Assembly: GCA_951406725.2 (NCBI GenBank)
Contig: OX597817.1
Location: forward strand, 92,690,001-92,754,000
Source: Octopus vulgaris
Lineage: Eukaryota
Reading direction: 5' to 3'
DNA length: 64,000 nucleotides
Shown: piece by piece, positions 44,164-55,465 of the stretch
Numbering within the stretch: the stretch's first letter is position 1
How the letters are laid out: each line of letters begins with the position of its first letter
Made by a program: the position numbers and the translations under genes
The notes under the pieces: generated by a model
Databases searched by the model: none
Seen by the model: the letters and a program-made list of their open reading frames with translations, nothing else
What the model was told of the DNA's origin: nothing

Positions 44164-45746
44164 AAAAAAGCAACAAGAATGGATTAAAATATCGGTACAA
44201 TATATATATATATATATGTGTATGTATGTATTATGTATGCATGTATGTATGCATGCATATATATATATGTATAAACTTGTTTTCAAACAAATATTTTGGT
44301 AAATATTGAAACCCGTAACAAAGTTATCTGCCGCCGTTTCTCCATAAACAAATATTATCGATGTAGACTAAGAAGTTTGAAAATACCAGTATGAGTTCGA
44401 AGCAACCTCTTCTGGATTTATGTATACATGCATTTCGTAGTAACCTCTCTCCTCAGCATCGAACATCGCGAAGAGAGGAACTCCAAAAAGACTAAGGAAA
44501 ATGGTGTTAACTATTTTCTCAACAATGAGGATGTACACTAACGCATTTAAATATCTCTCAGGCATATCTCATTTGAACTAGTAAGTATTGCATATTCTCA
44601 ATCAGTGATTGGTGCTTCTAATCAACATATCTTAGCTGGGCTGCCGAAAAGCGTCATGATTCACAATGTTTTGATTGGTTTCCTATGACAGAAACCTCAT
44701 CTCTTAGGTAATTCTTTGTAAAATCAGAGTTACCTCTCTTCTCGTTACTTGATGCTGGTACAAGATAAAAGGTTCGAAAAACCATTCATCCCTCCAAACG
44801 GATAGGTACATAGATACATATATAATGTATGTATGTAGGTAAGTATGTATGTATTTATATAATCATGTATGTATATATATGTATATATATATATATATAG
44901 ATATATATATATATATGTATACACACACATATACATACGTACAATTTTGTGGATAAACAAATTATGGATCCTAAATTAGGCGTGGTCGAATACGAGATTT
45001 TAATAGATGTTTTATTGAAGATAAGGTAATATTTAAGGTTTGATGGGAAGTTAGATTTTAGGAATTTAAAGAAAGATTTTAGGTAGAGATTTAACTTGGA
45101 GGGAGAAAGATTCGGGATAAGATTATTTCATAATGTTAGCTGATGTAGTTCACCAGAATATAAACCAGTATTGGAAACAAATAAACATTGGATAGATCCG
45201 ACCTGGGTCTTTAAGATAGAGATAAAAATCTGTCATTTCAGACCATGATGCTAGGAAATATCAAGGTAGAATTGTTCTGCGTAAACTTGCTCTGTTAATA
45301 TATAAACATTAATATATTTGTACTTAGTATATTCGTCGTCTGTTGATATCTATATTTTTATACTTGAATATTCATCGTGTGTATATATATAAATATCTAT
45401 AAATTTTTTCTTGAATATACATCCTTCATTTAACATATAAATATCTATATATTTATACTTGAATATTGATCGTCTGTTAATATATAAATATCTATCATCC
45501 ACGTTAAAAGTTTCCGGGTGTAAGCTGAAATCATTTGAGCGCGACAAAGTGTTTTCTGTAATTAGAATCATTGGACCCCATCTGTTGATTCCATATATAA
45601 ATATATAAACACACACACTCACACACACACATTCAAACACATATATTCACACACACGCATACACAGGCATTCACTCACACGCACACACACACATATATAC
45701 AGATAGATAGACAGACAGACATACAGAAGGACAGGCAGATAAGTAA

Positions 45747-45839
<93 letters not shown>

Positions 45840-47164
45840 AACAGAGAGGTTTGGTATGTCTTTCTGACATACGGACAACGTGGTTCTGGGCTAAGCCCCA
45901 TTACACAGCTGCTTTTGTGACTGACATCTAATATAACTTCAGGCCACCCGTGAAGCTTGTAAGTGGATTTTGTAGGCGCAAACTAAAAGAAGCTTGTCAA
46001 ATATGTGTATGCAATTATGTGTATATATGTGTGGAGTCATGTGCGCGTGGATGTGAGTATGTTCCTGTGTGTGTGTGTGTGTGTATTTGTGTGTGCGTGT
46101 GTGTTTCTGGGTGTTTGTATCTGTGTATATGTGTGTGTGTGCGTGCGTGTGTGTGTATATTCTTGAATTATTTTTTGTATCTTGTAAGGTATATATATTC
46201 GGCATTAGTCTGAGCAAGTTTACTTGTTATATTCCAAACTACGCAAGGGAGCATAAGTTGAAGTAACAGATCTGAAAATAGTAGACGAGTTTGTTTCCTT
46301 GGGCAGCATACTCAGCTTTTCTTGATTTTTAGACAAGGAAATATGAAATATGAAAGCAACTGCTTCCCTCAGGATTTACTCGTCTCATGTCTTGACCCAA
46401 CAAATATTATTTGTGGCCGCATATGACTTTCCGATGCTGCGCTCATCAGTCATCAACAAATTCGTAAAAAAGACGACTATTGTACGTTCATAATTATACA
46501 TTGCGTGACATGCAATAGGACGTGGAAATGTTTGCAGTCCAGAGGTGGTTTAACTAAACACAATACATTATATCAGAATATGCTTCTGCATACTGATATA
46601 CCTATAAGCAGCTTTGTTTGTGCAATCTCCCGAAACACATGTAGAAGCTTAACAGGCATAAATAGCAACTGTGGTCGAATGTAAGATGTATTCCATGATG
46701 AGATATGACAACAACCTTGAGACATTGAATTGTTCTAACTATAGAAAATATAAGGAGTGGCTGTGTTGTAAGCAGCTGCTTTACCAACCACATAGTTCCG
46801 GGTTCAGTGTCACTGCGTAGCATCTTGGACAAGTGTCTTCTACTATAGCCTCCGGCCGATTGATACCATGTGAGTGGATTTGGTAGACGGAAACTGAAAT
46901 AAGCCCGTCATATATATGTATATATATATATATATATATATAATCAATATAGGGTGGCAAGGAAAATTTTGTAGAATTTTTTTGCCACCAGCGGCCCAGT
47001 GGGAAAAAATTAAATAGTCATAGACCATTTTTAAGTTCAACATTAACAATTAAGGAACGGCCATAATAGGCCATTCACCCACTAGAAATAACAGCCAAAG
47101 CTTCTACCGCAAATAAAGATCAATTCCGTAAACAGGAGAAAATTAAAAAAACATTTACCCTGTA

Positions 47165-47271
47165 ATTTCTTGTACGGTATACCGTTTCATCTGCTGTTTA
47201 ATGGTAAACTAACCTGATTAAATTAAATCAAGCCAATCTTCCATAAGCCCTCAGATTCTTCAGCAAGAAAT
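47165..47271 (-). ncRNA. Type I hammerhead ribozyme (inverted unit)
   Basis: Reverse complement of 47500-47606. Confidence 0.88.
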
Positions 47272-47499
47272 AGCTCAAGTCGGAACAGATATTTACACGA
47301 GGCATACCCAATCCTGCCAAGGCAATATCTGACCTAAAATTTTCAAATCGTCGCACTCGCGCCAAATTTATCGGCAGCAAATAAATCGTCGATTCCATTA
47401 CGGAATTAACCAAAAAATTCATAATTAATCAATATAGGGTGGCAAGGAAAATTTTGTAGAATTTTTTTGCCACTTTTTGCCAATTTTTTGACTTGAGCT

Positions 47500-47606
47500 A
47501 TTTCTTGCTGAAGAATCTGAGGGCTTATGGAAGATTGGCTTGATTTAATTTAATCAGGTTAGTTTACCATTAAACAGCAGATGAAACGGTATACCGTACA
47601 AGAAAT
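47500..47606 (+). ncRNA. Type I hammerhead ribozyme
   Basis: Stem I ATTTCTTG/CAAGAAAT (8 bp), core CTGAAGA, stem II ATCTG/CAGAT, GAAA, stem III within ACGGTATACCGT, triplet GUA. Predicted cut after 47598. Confidence 0.9.
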
Positions 47607-47984
47607 TACAGGGTAAATGTTTTTTTAATTTTCTCCTGTTTACGGAATTGATCTTTATTTGCGGTAGAAGCTTTGGCTGTTATTTCTAGTGGGTGAATGG
47701 CCTATTATGGCCGTTCCTTAATTGTTAATGTTGAACTTAAAAATGGTCTATGACTATTTAATTTTTTCCCACTGGGCCGCTGGTGGCAAAAAAATTCTAC
47801 AAAATTTTCCTTGCCACCCTATATTGATTAATTATGAATTTTTTGGTTAATTCCGTAATGGAATCGACGATTTATTTGCTGCCGATAAATTTGGCGCGAG
47901 TGCGACGATTTGAAAATTTTAGGTCAGATATTGCCTTGGCAGGATTGGGTATGCCTCGTGTAAATATCTGTTCCGACTTGAGCT

Positions 47985-48091
47985 ATTTCTTGCTGAAGAA
48001 TCTGAGGGCTTATGGAAGATTGGCTTGATTTAATTTAATCAGGTTAGTTTACCATTAAACAGCAGATGAAACGGTATACCGTACAAGAAAT
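47985..48091 (+). ncRNA. Type I hammerhead ribozyme
   Basis: Same as 47500-47606; predicted cut after 48083. Confidence 0.9.
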
Positions 48092-48469
48092 TACAGGGTA
48101 AATGTTTTTTTAATTTTCTCCTGTTTACGGAATTGATCTTTATTTGCGGTAGAAGCTTTGGCTGTTATTTCTAGTGGGTGAATGGCCTATTATGGCCGTT
48201 CCTTAATTGTTAATGTTGAACTTAAAAATGGTCTATGACTATTTAATTTTTTCCCACTGGGCCGCTGGTGGCAAAAAAATTCTACAAAATTTTCCTTGCC
48301 ACCCTATATTGATTAATTATGAATTTTTTGGTTAATTCCGTAATGGAATCGACGATTTATTTGCTGCCGATAAATTTGGCGCGAGTGCGACGATTTGAAA
48401 ATTTTAGGTCAGATATTGCCTTGGCAGGATTGGGTATGCCTCGTGTAAATATCTGTTCCGACTTGAGCT

Positions 48470-48576
48470 ATTTCTTGCTGAAGAATCTGAGGGCTTATGG
48501 AAGATTGGCTTGATTTAATTTAATCAGGTTAGTTTACCATTAAACAGCAGATGAAACGGTATACCGTACAAGAAAT
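48470..48576 (+). ncRNA. Type I hammerhead ribozyme
   Basis: Same as 47500-47606; predicted cut after 48568. Confidence 0.9.
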
Positions 48577-48697
48577 TACAGGGTAAATGTTTTTTTAATT
48601 TTCTCCTGTTTACGGAATTGATCTTTATTTGCGGTAGAAGCTTTGGCTGTTATTTCTAGTGGGTGAATGGCCTATTATGGCCGTTCCTTAATTGTTA

Positions 48698-48743
<46 letters not shown>

Positions 48744-49164
48744 GTGTGTGTTTGTGTGTCTGTGTTTGTCCACGCAACATCGCTTGACAACCGATACTAG
48801 TGAGTTTACGGCCCCGTAACCTAGCAGTTCAGCAAAAAAGACCGATAGAATAAGTACTAGGCTTACAAAGAATAAGTCCTCGGGTGGATTTGCTCAGCTA
48901 AAAGGCGGTGCTCCAGGATGGCTACAGTCAAATGACTGAAACAAGTAAAAGAGTAAAAGAGTAATTCTGAAGTAATTTGACCAACTCTGTTATTCGTCAT
49001 TTCCGGCTCAATAAAACAAAAGTAGTTAACAACAAATCATTCAAATATTGAAGTACTGAAATGCTTTTCATCACAGATCTTCAAATAGATAAGTTGATTA
49101 TCTAAAATGGTATTGAAGAAGTTTACAGTTATAAATCAAACAAAAAGCTTCGGCAGATATATGT

Positions 49165-49170
49165 TTTATT
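49165..49170 (-). terminator. Polyadenylation signal of gene copy 2
   Basis: AATAAA on the minus strand ~65 nt after the stop, conserved in copy 1. Confidence 0.6.
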
Positions 49171-49235
49171 TAAAAACGTTATGTTTGTAATATTTACAAT
49201 TCTTAAAAATATCAATATAAATTAACTGTTCTTCA

Positions 49236-49250
49236 TCAGTAACGTCGCCT
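49236..49250 (-). CDS. Exon 3 of copy 2 (RRRY-stop)
   Basis: TTCTTTTCAG acceptor, phase 0, identical to copy 1. Confidence 0.7.
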   Translation of the reverse strand, partial: RRRY

Positions 49251-49900
49251 CTGAAAAGAATAAAATTACAAGAAATCAATATATTTATTAGATTGGACAT
49301 ACAAATTAAAAACAATAACATAGACTAAGTATCAAGTTGGATTTATATTTCAAAATGTGTATATTAGATTAGATGTATATATCACATTCTTTTACAACAA
49401 AGTATTAATATTTCACCAGGCGCAGAAAAGCTTAACACACGAACTATATTCTGAAACGTGAGATAATATATAGTAAAATTTACAATTCTGTATCGCAATG
49501 CTACTTACAATGATGATGCAATGTGAATGCTAGTCTGTTGATTTCACAAGAGTAGCAATAAAGTTAGTTGAAACATTGAAAGTTAATAATTTTCATATAG
49601 ATAATGAATATATGCAGATATACAAAATCTCGTGTTTACAATGAAGAGAACATTGGCTTTCTTCAAGATAATTGTAGGGTCAACGAAGTTGAACTACTTC
49701 AAATAAAGACAGAAATCCAATTGCTGATACAATTTTGTTTGTACGACAATGTAGTAGAGTGTAGTACAGTGAGAGCATTGCAATGTTTATGCTAAAGATT
49801 ATTCAATTCTTTGTTGTTTTCTCTGTTTACAATGACTAACTATATAAGGATGAGACACGTTATATTAGGGAGATCCAAACTAATAGAAAACTTTACTCAC

Positions 49901-51717
49901 CTCTTTATAACAATCGTATTTGGTACACTTGACATTTCCATTTGAACAACGACAAACATTGCATCTATCTTGAGTCATAAATGTTTTTCCATCTGGGATA
50001 GTTTTCCCATAATATTGGCATGTAGTTGGGGGACAGTACATTTTAGTACAGGATACTTGACCAAACTGTCCGCATGTACAGGTGTTGCAGTCATCTTTAA
50101 ATGTTTCGCCAGCAGAATAGGTTTTTCCTTTGTGTATACAGGGTTTCGTGCATGTATTCTGTTCACAAACCACCCTTCCCTCAGAAGTGCACTGACATTT
50201 ATTGCAATCATTATACCATATAGAACCAATGTCGTAATGCTTGCCGTTGTAATTGCAGGTACATAGATTTGTAGTGCAGTCTACAGTACCATCGGCTTTG
50301 CATGTGCACGTGTTACAATCCTTTCTAAATGAATCCCCTATTCCGTATGTGTTTCCATTGTATAAGCAATTACAAGGGTTATTAGTACAGCTGACTCTAC
50401 CGTTCATTTCACACGTACATGTATTACAACCTTGTCTAAATGTTTGACCTACATTATAAAGCTGGTTGTTGTAAGCACATTTGCAAACATTGGTTGTACA
50501 TTGAACATATCCAGTTGATAAACATTGGCATTGGTTACAATCTTCTTGAAATGTCTGACCAATTTTATAAGACCGTCCTTTCCGTGTACATCGACACGTT
50601 TTATATGTGCACTCTACTTGTCCGTTATGCTGACATGTACAAGTGTTACAGTCATCAGTGAATGCCTGTCCGATATTATAAACTTTATGATTGTGAGTAC
50701 AGGTACATGGATTTGTAGTGCAGTCTACGGTACCATCGGCTTGGCATGTGCACGTATTACATCCCTTTCCAAATGTTTGACCTATATTATAAAACTGGTT
50801 GTTATAACTACATTTGCACATTCTATATGTGCACGCAACTTGACCGTTATATTGGCATGTACAAGTATTACAGTCATCAGGGAATGTCTGTCCCATATTA
50901 TAAACCCTGTGTTTGTATGTACAGGTACATGGATTTGTAGTGCAGTCTACACTACCATCAATTTTACATGTGCATGTATTGCAGCCGTTTGGAAATGTTT
51001 CTCCAATTCGGTAGGTATTTCCGTTATAAATGCATTTGCATCGCTTGTTAGAACACTGGACTGTACCACTAAACAAACATTGACATTCATCACATTCACC
51101 AAATCTTTGGCCAATATTATAGGTCCGTCCTTGGTAAGTACATTGACAGACTCTTGTTGTACAATCTACTTGTCCGTTTATACAACGGCAAGTGTTGCAA
51201 GCGTCGGTGAAAGTTTGACCCTCTTGATATTGTGAATTTTTGTAATAACAGCCACATCTATCACTGTTACACTGTACTGTTCCTGTAGTTTGACAGGTGC
51301 AAGTCTTACAACCATCATTGAAACTCACTCCAACGTCGTAGTCTTTACCATTATACTGGCACTGACACACATTATTAGTACACTGAATATAGCCAGAAGA
51401 AAGACATTTACATCTATTACATTTGTCTTGGAATTCATCACCCTCTTGGTATAGCTTTCCGTTGTAAGTACATTGTTTAGGGCAGTCTTTGTTGCTACAT
51501 TGTACCTGACCACCGTGTTTGCATTCACATGTATTACATGATTGCTGGAATGTCTCACCTACTCTGTAACGTCTACCTTGATAGATACAAGTAGATTCCT
51601 GCCCGTAATCACAACGTAAATTTGTACAGACTGCTTTGCCATATTCACCACATACACACGTGTTGCAGTCGATCTTGAATCTTCCTCCATACCTCCTTCC
51701 ATTATGTGTACATTCGT
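49901..51717 (-). CDS. Exon 2 of a secreted Cys-rich protein with 16 pacifastin/VWC-like modules (predicted 627 aa, kielin/chordin-like)
   Basis: Open frame with a repeated C-x~16-C-N-x-C-x-C-x3-G-x-V-x-C-T-x3-C pattern. Acceptor TTTCCTTTACAG (phase 1) and donor GAG|GTGAGT. Confidence 0.92.
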
Positions 51718-51830
51718 CTGTAAAGGAAAACATCAACAGATAATTATTTCCATTAACCACAGAAGAGTTAACTACTGAAAATGAATATGTGTATCCCAAA
51801 GTAATTCCTCACATACATACAGACATACAG

Positions 51831-51868
<38 letters not shown>

Positions 51869-52054
51869 ACACACACATATACACATGAATAAATACATAC
51901 ATACAACATATGTATATACATGGACGTACTTGAATATGAAGGTACAGATATATAAACATATATACATATATATATATGTATACTTTGATACTTTGATAGG
52001 TTTCGGCCATTATTGGCCCAGGCCATGTCTAACTTAATAGCACCATACATACAT

Positions 52055-52085
<31 letters not shown>

Positions 52086-52105
52086 TTTATACGTACATAC
52101 ATAAG

Positions 52106-52215
<110 letters not shown>

Positions 52216-52509
52216 GGGAAGAGAATTTGAAAATGCAGGGGTCTTTAAAGCTGTTTATTAACCGGTTTCACTTTCTTTTGAAAAAAGCTGATCAAAAGGC
52301 TTTGTATAACCTTTGTGGTGTTAAAATTTAGTTAACATAGATGTATTAAAATACAGTGAAAGAGACTTTGACAATGATAAGAAAATGTTAAGAAATAGAA
52401 TATTTGACGAAGATAGGAAAATGTCAAGAGAGGCTTTCTGTTTAAACAGATTAGGTAAAAGTGTTCAAAATAGGCAAAATAGTTCATAACAATCATAATC
52501 ATAATCAAT

Positions 52510-53800
52510 ATCTATAAATCTGAAATGTGAAAAGTCTGTTTGTCTGGTTTTGGCATTGGAAATGGTTAAAGGGCACTAGATCCCGTCGGATTGTCTCCAA
52601 AATTTACAGGGACATGTAAAATGAGGTGAGGATTCGAGTGGGCTAGGTTAGAAACCCCAATATAATGCGTATATATATATATAATGTGTGCATTATGTGG
52701 TCGGTTGTGCTGAAAATATGCACACCTATGTTAAAAGTGCTGGTGAGTTTGCATGACAACTATTTTTTTCCTCTAATGAAAGGCGTGACCTCTAGGACAA
52801 AATTCCTCATCTTATAAAATATGGCCCGGGTAGACCCGAATGAAATCGGGTTATATTAACCAAAATGTGAAAAGAGGTCTAAATGGGGCTGGAAGGGGAT
52901 TAAAATTTACAGGAGCGGGTGTTTAAGAATTCTCTGTTACATCAAGCTAAAACATTTGCGCCAGCCTTTCAATCGTCAATGTGTTGCCATCCATGATGAA
53001 GAAGTTTTGAATGCTTGCCATGGTGCGTCTACTGTCGTGAGAAAGAATCACTTCAAAGCTTGGTGTTTAGGAATTTTCTTTTACATCAAGTTCAAAATTT
53101 TACACCAGCCGTTAAACCGCCACTACGTTGCTGTCCGTCGTTAAGAAATGCCAGCCATGGCGACTCTACTATCCTCAGATTCTATCCCTTCAAACTTTGG
53201 TTTCCAATATTTTTTTTTATTCAGCTCGTAAGTTCGTCTGTCCCTTTTAAATGTTAGTGTTTTGCTGTCTGCCTTGAAGCAGACCGTTCCGTTGTTACTG
53301 CCTGATATTTATGATTGATCTTTCAAAATATTTTTGTTTCTCAACTTATCCTTTGTTGTTTATAAATGGGAGAGAGATAGATAGAGAAAGATAGAGAGTA
53401 AGAGAAAGCTAGGGAGAGTCCGAGAGAAAGGAAGAGTAAGAGAGTGGGAAAGTGAGAGAATAAGGAGAGAGAAACATAGAGGGAGAATGCGGTGATAAAA
53501 ACAGAAAGGAAGCAACAGAAAGTAAGAACCACACTCTTACCCGCGCGTAGAGCGGGTCACCTTTGCGAAAAGTTTGTTTGTTAGTTTTGGTTTCTCTCGG
53601 ACTCTCCCTAGCTTTCTCTTACTCTCTATCTTTCTCTATCTACCTCTCTCCCATGTTTAAACAACAAAAGATCTTGAGTAAGTTGAGAAAGAAAAATATT
53701 TTCAAAGATCAATCATAAATATCAGGCAGTAACAACCAAACAAAGGAAGCAACAGAAAGTAACAACCACACTCTTACCCGCACGTAGAGCGGGTCACCTT
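52510..53800 (+). mobile_element. Helitron-like non-autonomous element with a rearranged 3' end
   Basis: A|TCTATAAATCTGAAA start. The 3' hairpin ACCCGCGCGTAGAGCGGGT occurs twice (~53539 and ~53776) around a local inversion. Confidence 0.45.
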
Positions 53801-53886
53801 AAGGAATCATAACTTTTTATGAGTTCAAAGAAATCGTAGCATATATACAGAAAGATTTTGTAGACAGTATTTGATAGTAGGTGGAA

Positions 53887-54135
53887 ACGCGTGGCTTAGT
53901 GGTTAGGGTGTCAGCATCATGATCGTAAGATTGTTGTTTCGATTGCTGGACCGGGCGACGCGTTGTGTTCTTGAGCAAAACACTTCATTTCACGTTGCGT
54001 CCAGTCAACAGAGCTGGCAAAAATGAAGAACGCTATGATCGACTGGCGTCCCGTCCAGCTGGGTAACACATACGCCATAGAAACCGGGAAACCGGGTCCA
54101 TGAGCCTTGCTAGGCTTTAAAGGGGCGCATTTATT
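53887..54135 (+). mobile_element. tRNA-derived SINE (family B)
   Basis: Homologous to 17105-17345. Confidence 0.75.
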
Positions 54136-54562
54136 TTATTTGATAGGAGAAAGCGTGTATTGCTTTGTCAAATGTTCATTAGAAATGATAATTATTTATA
54201 AGGACTTTAGAGGAATGATCACAATATGCCCATTCCCCAGTAAAAACACACAGACACACAAAGAAGAAGCACACACATATACACACGCAATACAATTCAA
54301 ACAATCACAACAAAAACTCACAGGTACACACATACACAAATACACCAGCCCGTAGACGCACACACCGCACAGAAAAATAACACATGTACATAGACACACA
54401 TGCACACACACCCGAAAAATACATGAACCACACCCACACACACACACACACACAAACGCATACCCAGTATAAATACGCACAGTATGTAAACGCATACACA
54501 CACACACACACGTACATACCATCCTGATAAACGTAACACACAAGGACACAAACACACATATA

Positions 54563-54607
<45 letters not shown>

Positions 54608-55167
54608 CATTATTATTAATATTATTATTATTATTAAACAGCAAAACGTCAGAAAAATATCAGAAACTATCTGCTACTCAAATGTTTCATGTACACGTTC
54701 GTCGCATAGTTTACTTTGAGAATTTGAGAATATTAGATTCTCAGTCTAAACCCTCAGACGAGCGAGAACGTGAAACTCTCAATAGCAGGTTTTTCTGCTG
54801 TTTTTGCAGCTTTAATAATACTAAAGCATATTACTCTACCTCCGGTTTGCCAGTGCTATATTTTAAATATTAAATGACTATTCTCTATTAATATTTACTT
54901 TTCAATATTTAATTTGCTCAATCAGACAATCAATACTTCATTTCATTTCTTTCTTACTATATATTCTATATCCTATATTAATATTAAAAGAATATAAATA
55001 AAACATAGACAGAGTTGGAATTCCTTTGCGTAATCTATTCTTCTATACACAATCATACAAACCCCTTTGTATATATACGTATGAATAAATGGTTGATAAA
55101 TTAAACTAAATAATTAAGAAGGAAAACGTCGCGAAATAGACAATGTACGGCAATATAATTTACTTAC

Positions 55168-55219
55168 AGCTGTTCACACATGAAATAGCTACTATTACTA
55201 GTAACAATTTGTACAACAT
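55168..55219 (-). CDS. Exon 1 of copy 2: signal peptide MLYKLLLVIVAISCVNS
   Basis: ACCATC-ATG context and a hydrophobic core. The phase-1 donor T|GTAAGT joins exon 2 in frame (T+AC=Tyr). Confidence 0.85.
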
Positions 55220-55299
55220 GATGGTCAGTTGGTTTCTCTTTCCTCAGCGTCTTGGAGATCGGTGATGGTTGTCTTGTGAAAGAAGGACAAGTTTGAGAA

Positions 55300-55465
55300 A
55301 CGTCTTAATAGAGCTCTTTATATAGTTCTAAGTAAACGTGATCAATTATTTAAACTGAATTAATTCAGTTGGCTTAATTATTTACATTAATTCTATATTT
55401 ACAATCACAAATTTTCCCTGCAAAATGAAATATTCAAAAATGGGTGGATCTTTTTTCCTTGACAT
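55300..55465 (-). promoter_or_regulatory. Core promoter of copy 2 (TATATAAAG at ~55316-55324)
   Basis: TATA box ~100 nt upstream of the ATG; block conserved with ~61083-61220. Confidence 0.6.

Larger units (their letters stand above)
46941..48700. mobile_element. 485-bp hammerhead-containing tandem array (retrozyme-like): 1.1 units inverted (46941-47473) plus 2.5 units direct (47490-48700)
   Basis: Period 485 (46941/47426 and 47834/48319). Units look identical by eye. One hammerhead per unit. Confidence 0.9.
46753..48963 (+). mobile_element. SINE family A split by the 485-bp array (head 46753-46909, tail ~48743-48963)
   Basis: The two halves match the intact copy at 57858-58230; the insertion lies in the internal (TA)n tract. 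Confidence 0.8.
37770..50005 (-). repeat. Right arm of the large inverted duplication
   Basis: See left arm. Lacks left 17836-22936. Carries the LINE and the 46717-49020 segment, which the left arm lacks. Confidence 0.92.

Noticed and set aside
47834-48513. Identical 64-aa ORFs in the 485-bp units
   Set aside because: Identity just reflects DNA repetition. There are no recognisable motifs, and the ORF overlaps the ribozyme.
50525-51235. 236-aa ORF on +
   Set aside because: Antisense shadow of the repeat exon.
51718-51799. N-terminal 27 aa of the 639-aa ORF
   Set aside because: Intronic read-through: a good acceptor ends at 51718 and a phase-compatible signal exon lies upstream.
55409-55420. 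NF-kB-like GGGAAAATTT in the copy 2 promoter
   Set aside because: Lacks the terminal CC and is not conserved in copy 3 (GTGAAAATTT).
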